Made by a program: the position numbers and the translations under genes
Part shown: positions 49,065-61,200 of the stretch, in pieces
How positions within the stretch are numbered: position 1 is the first letter of the stretch
Layout: each line of letters begins with the position of its first letter
Notes under the pieces: generated by a model
Told to the model about the DNA's origin: nothing
The model's input: only the letters and a program-made list of their open reading frames with translations
Database searches by the model: none
Assembly: GCA_964234715.1 (NCBI GenBank)
Contig: OZ174287.1
Reading direction: 5' to 3' (one strand)
Length of the DNA: 64,000 bases
DNA from: Podarcis melisellensis
Taxonomy: Eukaryota

Positions 49065-50425
49065 GTGAGTTGATTCCCCTGTTCTCCCTCCTGCCCCCCA
49101 TAAGAAAAAAAAGGTATTTGTTGTCCTCCAAAGAAAGCAAGGCCCACCAGCTGGGATACCTTCTTCCCGAGTCTCCTCCATCCTTGACATCTGTTGGTGC
49201 CTCCTGAGCAGCTAGTGACTTGGGAGTGGCTGCTGCCCTGTGCATTAAGATTGTTCTTGTCCTCCTAACGTTCTTTCATTCTTCCCTCTCTGTGTTCCTC
49301 CAATTATTCCTCCGCCTACCTGCCCATTTCCCTACCTGCACTGTTATTCTGCCAGGTCTTCCTCTGGTTGTGTGACGTACCTTTTCCTTGCCTGCTCTTC
49401 CAGCTGCACTGGTGATCTGTGAATCAAATTCCCTCCTTCCAGATTTGTATTTTCAGACCATTCTTCTGGCAACTTTTCCAGTTGGTTGTCTGTTTTTTGG
49501 GTTATGGATCTCCTTTTGGATGTTGTTCATATCCGTATAAGGACATATCTACACCACAGGCTTATTTGTAACTTTTATTCAATATTAAGCAAAATTTTAT
49601 ATAGCGAAGAGAGAGAATCCCCACCATCCCAACCACAAGACGTATGCTCGTGAGTAGGGATGGTGGGAGAAAATAGATTCAGTTCACATTTGAAGGAGAA
49701 TCTATCACACTTTCCCAAAACAATATGTGAACTGAAACGCAGGCATCTTTTGAAGTTTGAAATTTTGCGATGCAATTCTCCAGCCAAACTATGTTTTACA
49801 AAATGCACATATTAAGAAAAGCTGTGCCTAAAAGTGAAAGTAATCGCGAAAATAACACACAAAAATACATCATAACTGGGGGGAACGCTTGGCGAAAATG
49901 TGTATATTAGGCATAAATTGCATTATGAAACATGAGTGTATTAGGAGAAATTTGCACCAAAATGTTGATGAATTTTTGCGAGGATTAAAAAAATATCAAG
50001 TGATGTGGAAGTGGGGAAAACTGAAGACTGGAAAAATGAGAAATTCCAACTGTTGCCTTTTCATGTCTGCTTGTTGTTCTGACTGTGTCTGCTAAGGCTT
50101 CCAATTGGCTTTCCGACTGTTCTCTGTAACTGCCCCACAACCCATCTCCTGACAGCTTCCCCACATATCACTGCCCATTCTAGTACTCATGCCCCCTTTA
50201 GCTTCTGCCTCTTTTTCTGTCTCCAACTCTATTCGCGGTGCCTGCAACCATCTTTTCTGCAACTCTATTATTATTATTTTTTTAAAATGTCCCCATTTCC
50301 TATCCCCACCCCAACTGTTCTCTCAGGCTATCTCCCCCCCACAACTGTTTCCCCCCTCCTCCTCCTATTTCTGCCTGTTTTTCCGACTGTTCCTCTATCC
50401 TTCCTCCGTCCCTGCCCCGCTGCAG

Positions 50426-52875
50426 GTATGAGGTCATGCAGTCCTGCTGGCTCCCGGCTTCCCACCGCCCAACCATGGAAGAGCTGCACTTGCAGGTGAG
50501 CTACCTGTTGAACGAGCGCTCCAACGCTCAGGCGGAGGAGAGCTTCGAGTGGCGCTGGAGCGCCCTGAAACCCAAGCGCTCCTCTTCGCCGCCCCCGGCC
50601 TCCTCTTCTTCCTCGGCGTGCCACCGCCGCCCCTCAGGAGAGATCTCGGCCTACCCGTTGCTGGACGGGTTCCACGGCGGCGACATGGACGACATCCTGA
50701 CGGTGACAGAGAGCAGTGGGGGGCTGAACTTTGAGTACATGTGGGAGAAGGCCCGCCTGGGGCGGTGGAAGGGCCCTGCCTCAGCACCGCCCGATTACCC
50801 CTCCAGCAACGGCGGGCTGGCTGTTCCGGGCAGCAATCCTTTCTACGAACAGGCAACGCAGCGTGGGCACAGCCTGGAGACACCCAGCGTCGTGCCCGTC
50901 ATCAGTGCCCGCAGCCCCTCGGTCAGTAGCGAGTATTACATCCGCCTGGAGGACCATGGCAGCTGCGAGGGGCCTGTCTGTGCCCCCAGCCCTGGATCCC
51001 CACCCCAGCCTCTCTTTCCCTCGGATTGGGACTCCCACGGCGCCCCCTACCGGCCGCAGGAGCAGCCCAGCACCAACCCCTTCTTGGCCGGGGGCAGCGG
51101 GGACAGCAACCCCTTCCGCGTAGACGGCGAGATCCAGGAGACGTCCCTGACGGAGACCCCGACGTCGGGGGGAGAGGCGTTCCTAGCCGAGTCCCTGCTC
51201 ACAGTGTACCGTGAGCTGGAGGACCAGCATCGCAGCTGGGATGCTGAGATGATGGAGGAAAGAGGGGCAGGGGAGACGCTGGCCGGGGACCCCTCGGAGT
51301 TCCAGGGTTCGCCCTCGTGGGAACAGGAGCCATCGCTGATGGAGGACCAGAGCTCTGGCAGCAGCACCGACGGGGGCGGGAGCAGCATTGGGGGCGGGCG
51401 CCACAACCTCCTGCCGTGCCCGCTGTGCACCCGAGCACGTTGCACGTGCGCCATCCCTCGGGGGGACATGGTGAGCGGCTGGAGCAACCACGGGCCGCCC
51501 CTGCGGCGCCCTCACCGCGACAGCTACGGCACGGAGGACGACTCCTCGCTAAAAGTGGAGCGGGGCTCCCTTTCTGACTGTCCAATGCTGCCCCCTAGAG
51601 ACTGCGATGGGGACGGCGGGGAGCGCAGAGAATTCTACGACCCCCTGATGGGCACGGCGGTGAAGACCTATGAGCTCCAAGACTACCCGAAACAGAGAGG
51701 CGGGGGGAGCGCTCGCCCACCTGGGTCGCCCTTCCCGGCCCTGCCGTCTGGCTGCTGCAATGTGATTGTTCCGGTGGAGATACCGCCATTGTCTACCCTA
51801 GCCGAAAGCAACGACGAAGAGACCATCGCGATCCTCCCGGAAGTCATCGATGGATTCTCCACTGGCCCAGTGACCTTAAGCCTCTCCCCCGCGGTACCAG
51901 ATCGGCAACGGGGAACCCTAGACTCAGTGGATTCCCTGGACATTCCTTCCAACACCAGCTCCTCAGACGTCTGCAGCCCAGCATCCCACTACTCCTCTCC
52001 AGGGCAAAAGTTTGGCGACAGCGGCTACGAAACGGAGAGCACTTTCTCACCCGAGTTCATCTTCAAAGAGGAACCGCCACCGCCACCTTCTGGAGAAGAA
52101 GAAGAGACAGAGGCAGAAGAAGATTCCGGCAAACTCCCAACAGCATCCATCTCTCAGTCCACTAGTGATCTTACCTTGTCAGTAAGTGAAGAAGGGGCGG
52201 AGCTAGAGGAGGAAATAGGGAGGAGCCTGGGGCTAGCAACACCTCACCGGGACTCGGCCTACTTCTCTGACGGGGAGGGAGAACCAGCTGAGGCACCAGC
52301 TGCTGCTGGGCCTGAGGGCAGGAAGCCCACAGAGAAGGTGACGGTAGACGGAGGCTTTGTGGTCCAAGTGTGCAAGGAGCAGCTGTTGGTCACACTGCAA
52401 GAGAATGTCACACGCAACCTACTCTGTAATCAGAGCAGGCTGCCGACTCTGAGGCTTTCTCCAGCGGCTCCCTTGAAGGAGCAGGCTGTTCTCAGGCTGT
52501 GGACCTTAGAGCCAGAGGAGAGGAAGGAGACGGAGGAGGAAGAGGCCAAGAAAAGCCATAATGGAGATGCAACGGACTCCCAGTGGCCAGAAGGTGTGGA
52601 AGATAAAGTGGAGGAAGAGGAGGAGGAGAAGCAGCAGCAGCAGCAAGAAGAGGGAAGAGGAGAGTCTGAAAAGTTGCTGTCAGAGCTGGAGGAGGAGGAG
52701 GAGAAAAGGAAAGAAGGGGAGAGGCCAAGCCAGATGGAGACCCAAAGTGTAGCAGTGCCCATCGTGGTCGAAACACAGGATGCTGCCCAGGAAGACAGAT
52801 ATGTAGCAGCTGAGCAGCCCAAAAAGGATCAGGAACCTGGTGTCCCTGCGAACCAAGCCAGTGAGGATATCAAAG
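50426..52875 (+). CDS. LMTK3: LMTK3 exon 11 (end of kinase domain plus long acidic/Pro-rich tail, 2450 nt)
   Basis: YEVMQSCWLP...; LMTK motifs DDILTVTESSGGLNFEYMWEKAR, VPVISARSPSVSSEYYIRLE, DSGYETE, TPHRDSAYFSD; donor AAG|GTGAGG. Confidence 0.95.
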
Positions 52876-53419
52876 GTGAGGGTTCCATCTGTGATTGGTG
52901 TGGAAGTAAGAACAAAGGGTTGGGATGTTCATAAAACAAACGGAGGAAGGAGAAGGCAGCTGGGAGACTGTGGCTTAACCTATAGTCTAATTGCTGATTG
53001 GCAGTTACACTGAGTGTCTTCAAGCTCATCAGCTGGTCGGTGGCACTTGCAAAGCCCTGTTGTGCCTTTGTACTGTACACCTCAACAACCAGCTGATCCA
53101 TGGGCCCTTGCAAGTGGTGCCCACAATCACTGCCTCGCTATGTCTTTCCCTGCCCCACTCCTGGCACCATAGATGATCTCAGGAGTAGGGCAGGTGGGTG
53201 TGGCTTAACAAAAAAATGTTCCCATTGGCCAAATGGGAAGACCTGCCAGAACTAATTAGACCCACAGGTCAAGTTGTGTGTGTGTGCTGTTTTGGATGCT
53301 AAGGGTATCTATGTGCAAAAACAATCAGCATCATAATGTATTCATATAAATCTGTGGTGTGGCTCCATTAGGGAATGCATTTGTGTACAGCATGGGAATG
53401 CTGACAATGAGAATACTAA

Positions 53420-53640
53420 CAACAACAACTTTATTTATACGCCACCCATCTGGATGGGTTTCCCCAGCTGCTCTGTGCAGCTTCCAGCAAAATATAAAAA
53501 CATAATCAAACATGAAACATGAAAAAATCCTGATACAGGGTTGCCCTCAGGTGTCTTCTAAAAGTCGTATAGTTCTTTATCTCCCTGACATCTGATGGGA
53601 GGGCGTTCCACAGGGTGGGCGCCACTGCTGAGAAGGCCCT
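53420..53640 (-). mobile_element. L2-type LINE 3' fragment
   Basis: gggagggcgttccacagggtgggcgccactgctgagaaggccct, typical reverse-complement L2 3' motif; similar remnants at about 1880-2010 and 40460-40890. Confidence 0.6.
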
Positions 53641-53853
53641 CTACCTGGATAGATACATTTGGGTAGAAATTCTAGGGACGTGTTCTTAATGAAGTAACCC
53701 TCTCTTTCTGTCTCTCTCATCCCAATCCTTCCATCCTCACCTTGCTTCCATACCATTTGGTCTTCTTGACTTCTGAATCTTGGCTCTTCGACCCAATCAC
53801 TCCTCCCACCTCCTGGCCATCCTTCCATTTTGACGTCTGGCTCTTTCCTCCAG

Positions 53854-54224
53854 CCAAGCTCTCCCGCTTATCTCTGTCGCTTCCCCCTCTGGCCTTGCAG
53901 ACGTTCCCCCCGCTTGGCGGGGGAAGGAAAGGGCCATTCTGGGAAGGAGCGGCTTTGGGGGAGGGTCCAGCGCTGGGAGGGAGAGAGGCTGCCATAGCGG
54001 CAGAGGATGAGGAGGAAGATGATGCTGAAGAGGAAGAGGAAGGAGGCCTGGCTGGAGGCGGAGGGCGGGGTGTCCCCATTGTGGTGAGCGAAAGCGATGA
54101 CGCCCGTAACTTGCGTGGCCTCCTCAAGTCACCACGCTCAGCTGAGGAGGCAGCGGCTGAGCTCGACCGCAAGCGGAAGATGGTCTCCTTCTTTGATGAT
54201 GTCACCGTTTACCTCTTTGATCAG
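53854..54224 (+). CDS. LMTK3: LMTK3 exon 12 (PP1-binding KxVxF motif)
   Basis: [13 protein letters not shown]...[11 protein letters not shown]...[18 protein letters not shown]. Confidence 0.95.
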
Positions 54225-54714
54225 GTGAGCTGTCAAGAGCACCAAGGTTGATGGTGTGAAAGTTTGGCCACAGTGAGGTGAGAAGGGCTTCTTTCAGTTC
54301 CCTACTCTGTCCTCCTCCCCTCAGCCATCTTGGCTCTACTCCCCTCTTTCTGTTACCACTCCTATTTTGAGGCCTGTCTTCTTACTAAGCACTCCACACT
54401 TAAGCTCCCTTGTCTACCCACAGAGCACTCATGCCCTCTTGGACTTGGTTTAATCCAAGCCATACTGACCTTTCACTTTCCCTCACGAAAACTGTTAGCC
54501 AACATTCCATAGGCAACAGATTCCTAAATAATTCAGCGAGTTAGTGAATATTCGCTGATATCGAGCAATAGTGGAAAATATATTATCCACAGGTAGGAGG
54601 CAGCAGCCCATATTTATTTGTAGTAGGAATGTCAGAAACAAATTGAAAGTGGGAGGAGCCAGAAGCGAAAGGATTGCAGTTCTACCACAATCTCTTGTCT
54701 TCTTCTGTATGCAG

Positions 54715-54826
54715 GAGACACCAACCAATGAGCTGAGTTCCCAGGGAGCTCCAGATGGTGATTCCCCCTCCCCTGGTTCAATGGCAGAACCAGGACTTGA
54801 TGCCTTCCCTTCTGCTGATGGCTTCA
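54715..54826 (+). CDS. LMTK3: LMTK3 exon 13
   Basis: ETPTNELSSQGAPDG...; AG/GT boundaries, phase consistent. Confidence 0.92.
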
Positions 54827-56501
54827 GTGAGTATTGGGTCAAGGAGGAGAGAGTAAGTGGGAAATAGTCGCCATCCCCATCAGGAATCTGAAATGCAGAA
54901 TGAGCCAGTCCAGCTGTGCAGCCAAAGAAACAGTAACCTGGTCACTTCAGTCACTGTTTGGTGTGAAAATATGAAATGAGTTTCAGGGAAATGTCCTGGC
55001 TTCCAGGAGAAGGTGGCTTCTAAGTGCGGAGGGTGAGGGGTAGATTGTGACAGGGGCATAGTCCAAAACAGACAAGGTCCAGTTCTAAAGCAAGGCCAGG
55101 ATTTGAAGCATGAGGTTAAGCTCAAGAAGATGTTGATGGAGATCAAAAGGACCAGAGCAGGGGTAGCCAGTGCAGAGGCCTTCAGAGGTGGCTGGACTCC
55201 CAACTCCCACCAACCCAAGCCAACATGGCAGATGGTCAAAGTTGGTGAGAGCCGTACTTCAACAGCGTATGGCTGTCCAACTGTGTTGTTGGGCACGCTA
55301 TTCTGCCATTGGCGGGCTGAGGGCAAGGAGGTACAGCAGAGGCAATTTGGCTGAAGGCAGGCTGGGGCCATCTTGTTATTTCATTAATGTACTTCAGCAT
55401 TGTGGAATCTGTGGCCTTCCAGACTTTTCATTGGCCATGAGGGCTGGGGCTGATGGGAGTTGGAGCCTAACTCCATGTGGGGGTTCCTCATCCTTGATGC
55501 ATTTATTGTGGCATATTAGCAACCATGTTTTGTTTTGTTTTTGAATTAAGGTTTTAACAACAGCACCAAAACCACTTTGTTTTCCTTTTTTAAAAAAAAT
55601 AAAAATAATCAAGCGATATATAAATTTTCTGAAAAAACAAACAAAAAGAAAAGAGAAGGATTATAATTAAAATAAAAACCTACAGGATTACAGGCTGTGG
55701 CTTTCTTCTCCCAGCCATTTCATTAGGATCTAAATTCAACTAATGGGCTAGTATAGATTCCACCAAGTGTTTTGAAAGCAGGTGTTACCATATAGTGACT
55801 GCCTTGAAAGATGGTGAACTTCCCTTCTTTAGAGGCTTTTAAGCAGAAGCTGGATCAGGATGGTTGCGAAGGAGTGGCACAGTTGTGGGTTTCCCACATT
55901 GGCAGGGGGTTAAGCTAGATGGCCTTTGAGGTGCCCACCAGCTTTAGGATTCTGTTCTCTTTCCACAACCTTAAAAGTAAGCCAGCTTCAGATGTATGAG
56001 TGAAGTGTGTGCTTCCTTTATTAATTCTGATCCAGTGCAATTTGGCAAACAGAACTTTGGGAAATATTGCCAGGATGTGTTTTGTGTTGATTTTTTTTTT
56101 ATTGAATTCCTGAATAGTTTATTTTTAGGAGATAAACTCCTAAAAGATTTCTGCTTGAAAGCACACAGTCTAAAATTGTCACACTCAATAAGGCAGATGG
56201 TAGCACAGAGTCTTCTTGGTTATTAAAAATGGATTCAGGGCAGCTTTGTGCCATAGCACAAATGAAGTGAAGACACGGATGCGCAAGTGATTCCTTTTAT
56301 TTTCATTTTAGGACATTTCTATTCTGCTTTCTGTGGCCCCACCGCCGTACCCTGCAAAAGGCCTCTGAGGCAGCTTCAAGACTAAAACACACATGTGTAT
56401 ACAAACAAATAAAAACGAGGAAGAAACAAACAAATATAGTACATGAATTATCTCATTGAAATAGCAGAACAGGAACATAGCATACTGCCTTAAACCGAGT
56501 A

Positions 56502-56688
56502 CAGTGGTACCTCAGGTTAAGTACTTAATTCATTCTTAACCTGAAACTGTTCTTAACCTGAAGCACCATGCAGCGCCGCCAGAGCACGATTTCTGTTCTC
56601 ATCCTGAAGTAAAATTCTTAACCCGAGGTACTATTTCTGGGTTAGCAGAGTCTGTAACCTGAAGCGCATGTAACCTGAGGTACCACTG
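56502..56688. mobile_element. Tc1/mariner-type MITE (family B), opposite orientation to 46367-46611
   Basis: TIRs cagtggtacctc / gaggtaccactg with TA TSD. Confidence 0.88.
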
Positions 56689-57070
56689 TAAGGCCTTTGG
56701 TCCATCTAGCTCAGTATTGCCCTCACAGACTGGCAGCAGCTCTCCAGGGTTTCGGGCATTTCCCAGCAATTCTTGGAAGACACGAACCATAAATTTTCTT
56801 AGAACTACTTCTATATGACCATGTTTCATTGTTTCCAGGGACCGTCGGGGGCCGGGGGAAAGGGGTGTGTGTGCAGCCTCATCAAGACTGCCTTTCTGCC
56901 ATGTTTTATCCCTGTGCATGTCAGCACCGGAAAGCGTGTGTATGTGTGTGTGTGAGAGAGAGAGAGATGATGCCAATCAAACCAAGGGAACAGGCTGGGG
57001 GAGGCTGTTTTCCTTATCGCTTCAATCTAGGCCTCCTTCCTACCCTCCCTGTTCTTCCTTCTCCACTCAG

Positions 57071-57328
57071 GTGGCAGTTTTGAGTGGGATGATGACTTCC
57101 CCCTGATGGCTCAGAACCCATCCTACGTCTCCGTGGTGCCCGACCCCAACGCAGCCAAGCCCCACCCGGTCATGTCGCCTGTGCCCATGGCCCCTGCCTT
57201 GCTGCCAGCAGCCAAGCGGGCTGAGTCCGGCCTTGTGGATGCCCTGAGGTTCTCTCGCTTCACCGTCTCTCCTGCCCTTGAGCCACACCTTTCTTCATCC
57301 TGTGACACCGAATTGGGACCCACGGCTG
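57071..57328 (+). CDS. LMTK3: LMTK3 exon 14
   Basis: GSFEWDDDFPLM...RFSRFTVSPALEP; AG/GT boundaries. Confidence 0.93.
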
Positions 57329-58200
57329 GTAAGTGGACACATGGATGCACATGGTTCTTATCCGTGGAGCGGGGCAGATGGGCCATGGCTGCGTATGTGC
57401 CATATATCTTCTCCCAAAAGATTCTGAAAATTGTAATTTTCTAGCTGGAATTGTACCTCTGTGGTGTGGGACGTTATTGCGGTCAAACCAACAATTCATG
57501 TTTTGCCAGATAGGCACATGAAGGGGCAGAGGCTCACGGAGCTTTCCTGTAAAATTTGCTAGAGAGAACTCTGTGAGATCACTTCCTTTGTCTGCCTTGG
57601 CAGGAAGCTGTAAAGCTACACACTTCCTTCCTGCCTGGGCAGCCTGCTTTTCTTCATCGTGCTTCCAAGCTGATGCATACCTGAGCTAGGCAGCTCAGAC
57701 ACCATTTTTGAACTTACATTTCGTACTTTTGTAACTTAGTAGTTGTAAACCTGCCTTCATTTTGCTACTATAATTGCTGCTTCAAGACCTAGATTATGTA
57801 AGTAAATACCACTTTTATTTGTTCACAAAACAATGCACATGTGTGATTATTGTTGTTAAGGGGGAGAAAAGGGTATATTACCAGGGAAATCCAGTCAGCC
57901 TTAAAGCATCCTGGGTTATTGTTTCTAGGAGGTTAAATCAACCTTGTTTTAGTCTCCAAGCTTAAGCTGCAAAGGATGTGAATTAGGAAAGAATAATCAC
58001 AAGCATATTATCCTCTCCTAGGGTTTAAATCCATTCTTACACGTGGTGGGCAAACTACAGTCCATCCACTGGTGCAGACAGTGGGTGACTTTCATGTACA
58101 ACAATGTGAAAATGTAATGTGAAATGCAGTAGGGTGGAGTGGGGTGACCTGGTTTTAAGTTGATAATGTGTTAAAAGAAGCTTTTTCTCCCTTCTCCCAG

Positions 58201-58217
58201 ATCCCATTGAGAACTGA
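58201..58217 (+). CDS. LMTK3: LMTK3 exon 15 (stop codon)
   Basis: Polypyrimidine acceptor ctcccttctcccag, then (D)PIEN*. Total spliced CDS 4371 nt = 1456 aa. Confidence 0.88.
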
Positions 58218-61200
58218 GACCAAGTAGAAATCGGACAACCCCGCCTCTTCTTCTCTCGACATTCAGGGACAACGCCCAGTCATCCAGTTGACTTGCCCAT
58301 GATGCCAAGATTTCACCCGCCAGTTCCTGTGGCGGACGGACAGACAGATGTGTTGTGTGTGCGTGCGTTCGCGTGCATGGTGTGTTGGGGGGGGCCATTG
58401 TTGCTAACTGGAGCCTGACATCATAGGGACTGTTTTTGCCCTTCCTCTCCTGCCCAACAACTCAGCCCCACTTCTGGGGAAGGGGCAGAACTTTTTGTAT
58501 AAACAATCATGAGCCAATGAGTGATGAGGAGGGGGGCATTTCCTCGATTTTAGGGGCCCCTGCCCAGCACTGGCTATTGAATGTATAACCCTTGTGCCCC
58601 CTCCTGGCTTCCCTTCAGCAATCTGATATGTCCCTTATAAGGACCCTCTGTGCCAAATTGAGAGGGTTGGGTTGGGAAACAGGGGTTTCCAGGAAGTGGC
58701 GTCTGACCTGCTCATGAGCCTTCTTCTGCAATTCCCCGAACCTCATCAGCTGCATCTTGGAATGTGGAACATGGCTGCCAATTTGAACAACGACACCCTT
58801 TTTGTGCCAAATGGAACTGAATAGGGCTGGTGATCCTCCCCTTTTAACCAGCGTTATATACAATAGAAAAGACCGTTGATTCAAACCTTGGGACAGAGTT
58901 TTGTCGGCAAAACGTCATCACCAAGTCAGACACACGGCCTTGGAATTACCAGCGGACAATTGGACTCCACAAGGCAGGTGGATGAGATTTGGTTGGGTAG
59001 GGGCCCTTTGATCTGACACCTCCGCAAGGGCATGATCCAGAAGTATCGTTTTTGAGAAGAGACGCACATTGGCTCAGCTCTCATTGGGATGAACCGATAT
59101 GGGAGGATGTTGACTTTGTCACAACACCTACTTGGTGGCCATATAATGGACAGCCATGGGTTAATTGTCCCAGGCTGGTTGGTGTGTCATACATGGGGGA
59201 AAAAATATCCATCGCTCATACTTAGCGTTGACGGAGATGGCTAGCTTTTATTGGGATTGGCCTTTTCCTGACCTTCCCAGCCCTCCACTGGTTGATATTG
59301 GGAGGTTAATAAAGGCTACTGGGCCCTACTGGGATACAGTTGAAATCACTGGAAGTTCCAGGGATTTGCGGAGCCACCATTCAATTGTGCCAAAAGCACC
59401 ACGTGAAGACTGAGATTGTATTAGGAGTGGAACGGGGAGCTTGGAGGGGTAGGGAAACTTCTGAAGTTATCTATTCCGCGAACATCTTGAGATGATGGAT
59501 CTGCTCACTCTCTTCTCTGCTTGTAGTGGCAATATTTGGATACGTGAAGGATCGGTGTGGGGCAGGGATGGGGAACCTGTGGCCCTCCAGTTGTTGTTGG
59601 ATTCCAACGGCCATCACCCCTAGGGAGCATGGACAACTGTCAGGGATCATGGGGGTTGGAGTCCAGCAACATCTGGAGGGTGACACAGGTTCCTCATCTT
59701 TTGTGTGAGGCGGTATGTGGGTTGGTCTTGTGGAGTGGGCAGATATATGCATGAACCTGCCTTCCAGGCTGGGTGGGTGGGATTAGATGTCGACTTCCTC
59801 CTGAGCTCTCGCAGCATTGATTTCTGAAGTAAATACTCACTGGACCACAAATGGCATATTGATGGTTTGGGTCGTGCCTACAATAAGAGGCAGTCGGTTT
59901 TTACATGGCAGTTTGATACAAGCTCATTCTGCCCTTCTAGGGGAAGGGTTGATTTAGGGTGCTAACTCCTTCCTTCCCCCACCCCTCAGAAAGAATTTTT
60001 CTGCCTAGATAAGAGACAGGTATTTAATTCTGAACTTGGGGTGGATGTGTATGGGAGAGAGATAATAAAGGTGGGAAAGAAGGTGAGCAGGAACTCAGAA
60101 TTACCTACGGGGAGGCAAGACAGATGACCAGCCAGATGCCACAGGGAGGTGCCAAAGCAAGGCATGCTGGGAATATCCATTGCTGGTTTGTGGTAGAGAT
60201 GCGCCATCTTTGAAACTAGAGCTTGCACCTGCAGGCTTGCAGAGCTAGCAGCCACAGGGAGACCCATCCTCTACTTGCTTAACCCAAGGGGTCTGGAGAG
60301 ATGGTGAAGCAAAGTCAACAAATGCACTTGACAGAGAGGAGGAGAGCCGGTATATTTCCAAGCAAGCTGATGTGCTTATGAGCATGTGAGCTGAGAGGCA
60401 GGAAACCAAGTAGTTGCAAACTGGCCTTTATCCTGAAATCAAATTGCTTTATTTGGCCAGCCGGGCAGAAGTGTGCCCTCTGACCCGCAGTGAACTAGCA
60501 GCTGCCACAGTGCCCTCTAGCTATATCGAGTGGCTAAGGTGGCAATCCTAACAATCCCTGCCTGGGAGTAAGTCCCTTTTCATTCAAGAGAGCTTACTTC
60601 TCAGCAGACACTTATGTGTACCTAAGAGCAGGCTAGCATGTGCTTCTTTTGCCAAGCTATCGCAGTGTGGCAAGGAAGATAAGGCCCTTCAGTCTGGCTA
60701 CCAGAGCCTCTCATTTGAGCCTCCTGCTGCCTTAGACCAGCCAATCCCTCACCAAAAGCATTTAAGGCACTCTGCCCTCCTGATATGTCATAGAATCATA
60801 GAATTGACAACTTGGAAAAGACCACAAGGATCTAAATGTCCAACCCCCTGCAGTGCAGGAATCTTTTGCCTGACATGGGGCTCGAACCCATGGGCCCAAG
60901 ATTAAGAGTCAGCTGAGCTATCCCATTAAATGTGTGTTAAGAAGTCCCATGCCCATAGGAGGAGTTGCCTGGAAGCACAAAAGCTCGCAACTCTCTTTTC
61001 TTACCAGCTCCTGCAAACCTCCAAAAGTTGCCCCCATGATCTTCACCCCTGGCAACACTGGCGGGACCAAGCCACATCACCTCTGGCCCTAAACTCACAA
61101 GCAGGGCTGTGTTGGTCCCCTGACTCTTTTTCTCCAGTCTTCACACGATATATGGCCACCCTTGTTGCCTCCATCAGGAGACCTGCTTGTCCACTGTGAG

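Noticed and set aside
50328-52822. Multiple 60-150 aa antisense and alternative-frame ORFs
   Set aside because: Shadows of the GC-rich LMTK3 exon 11; no independent signals.
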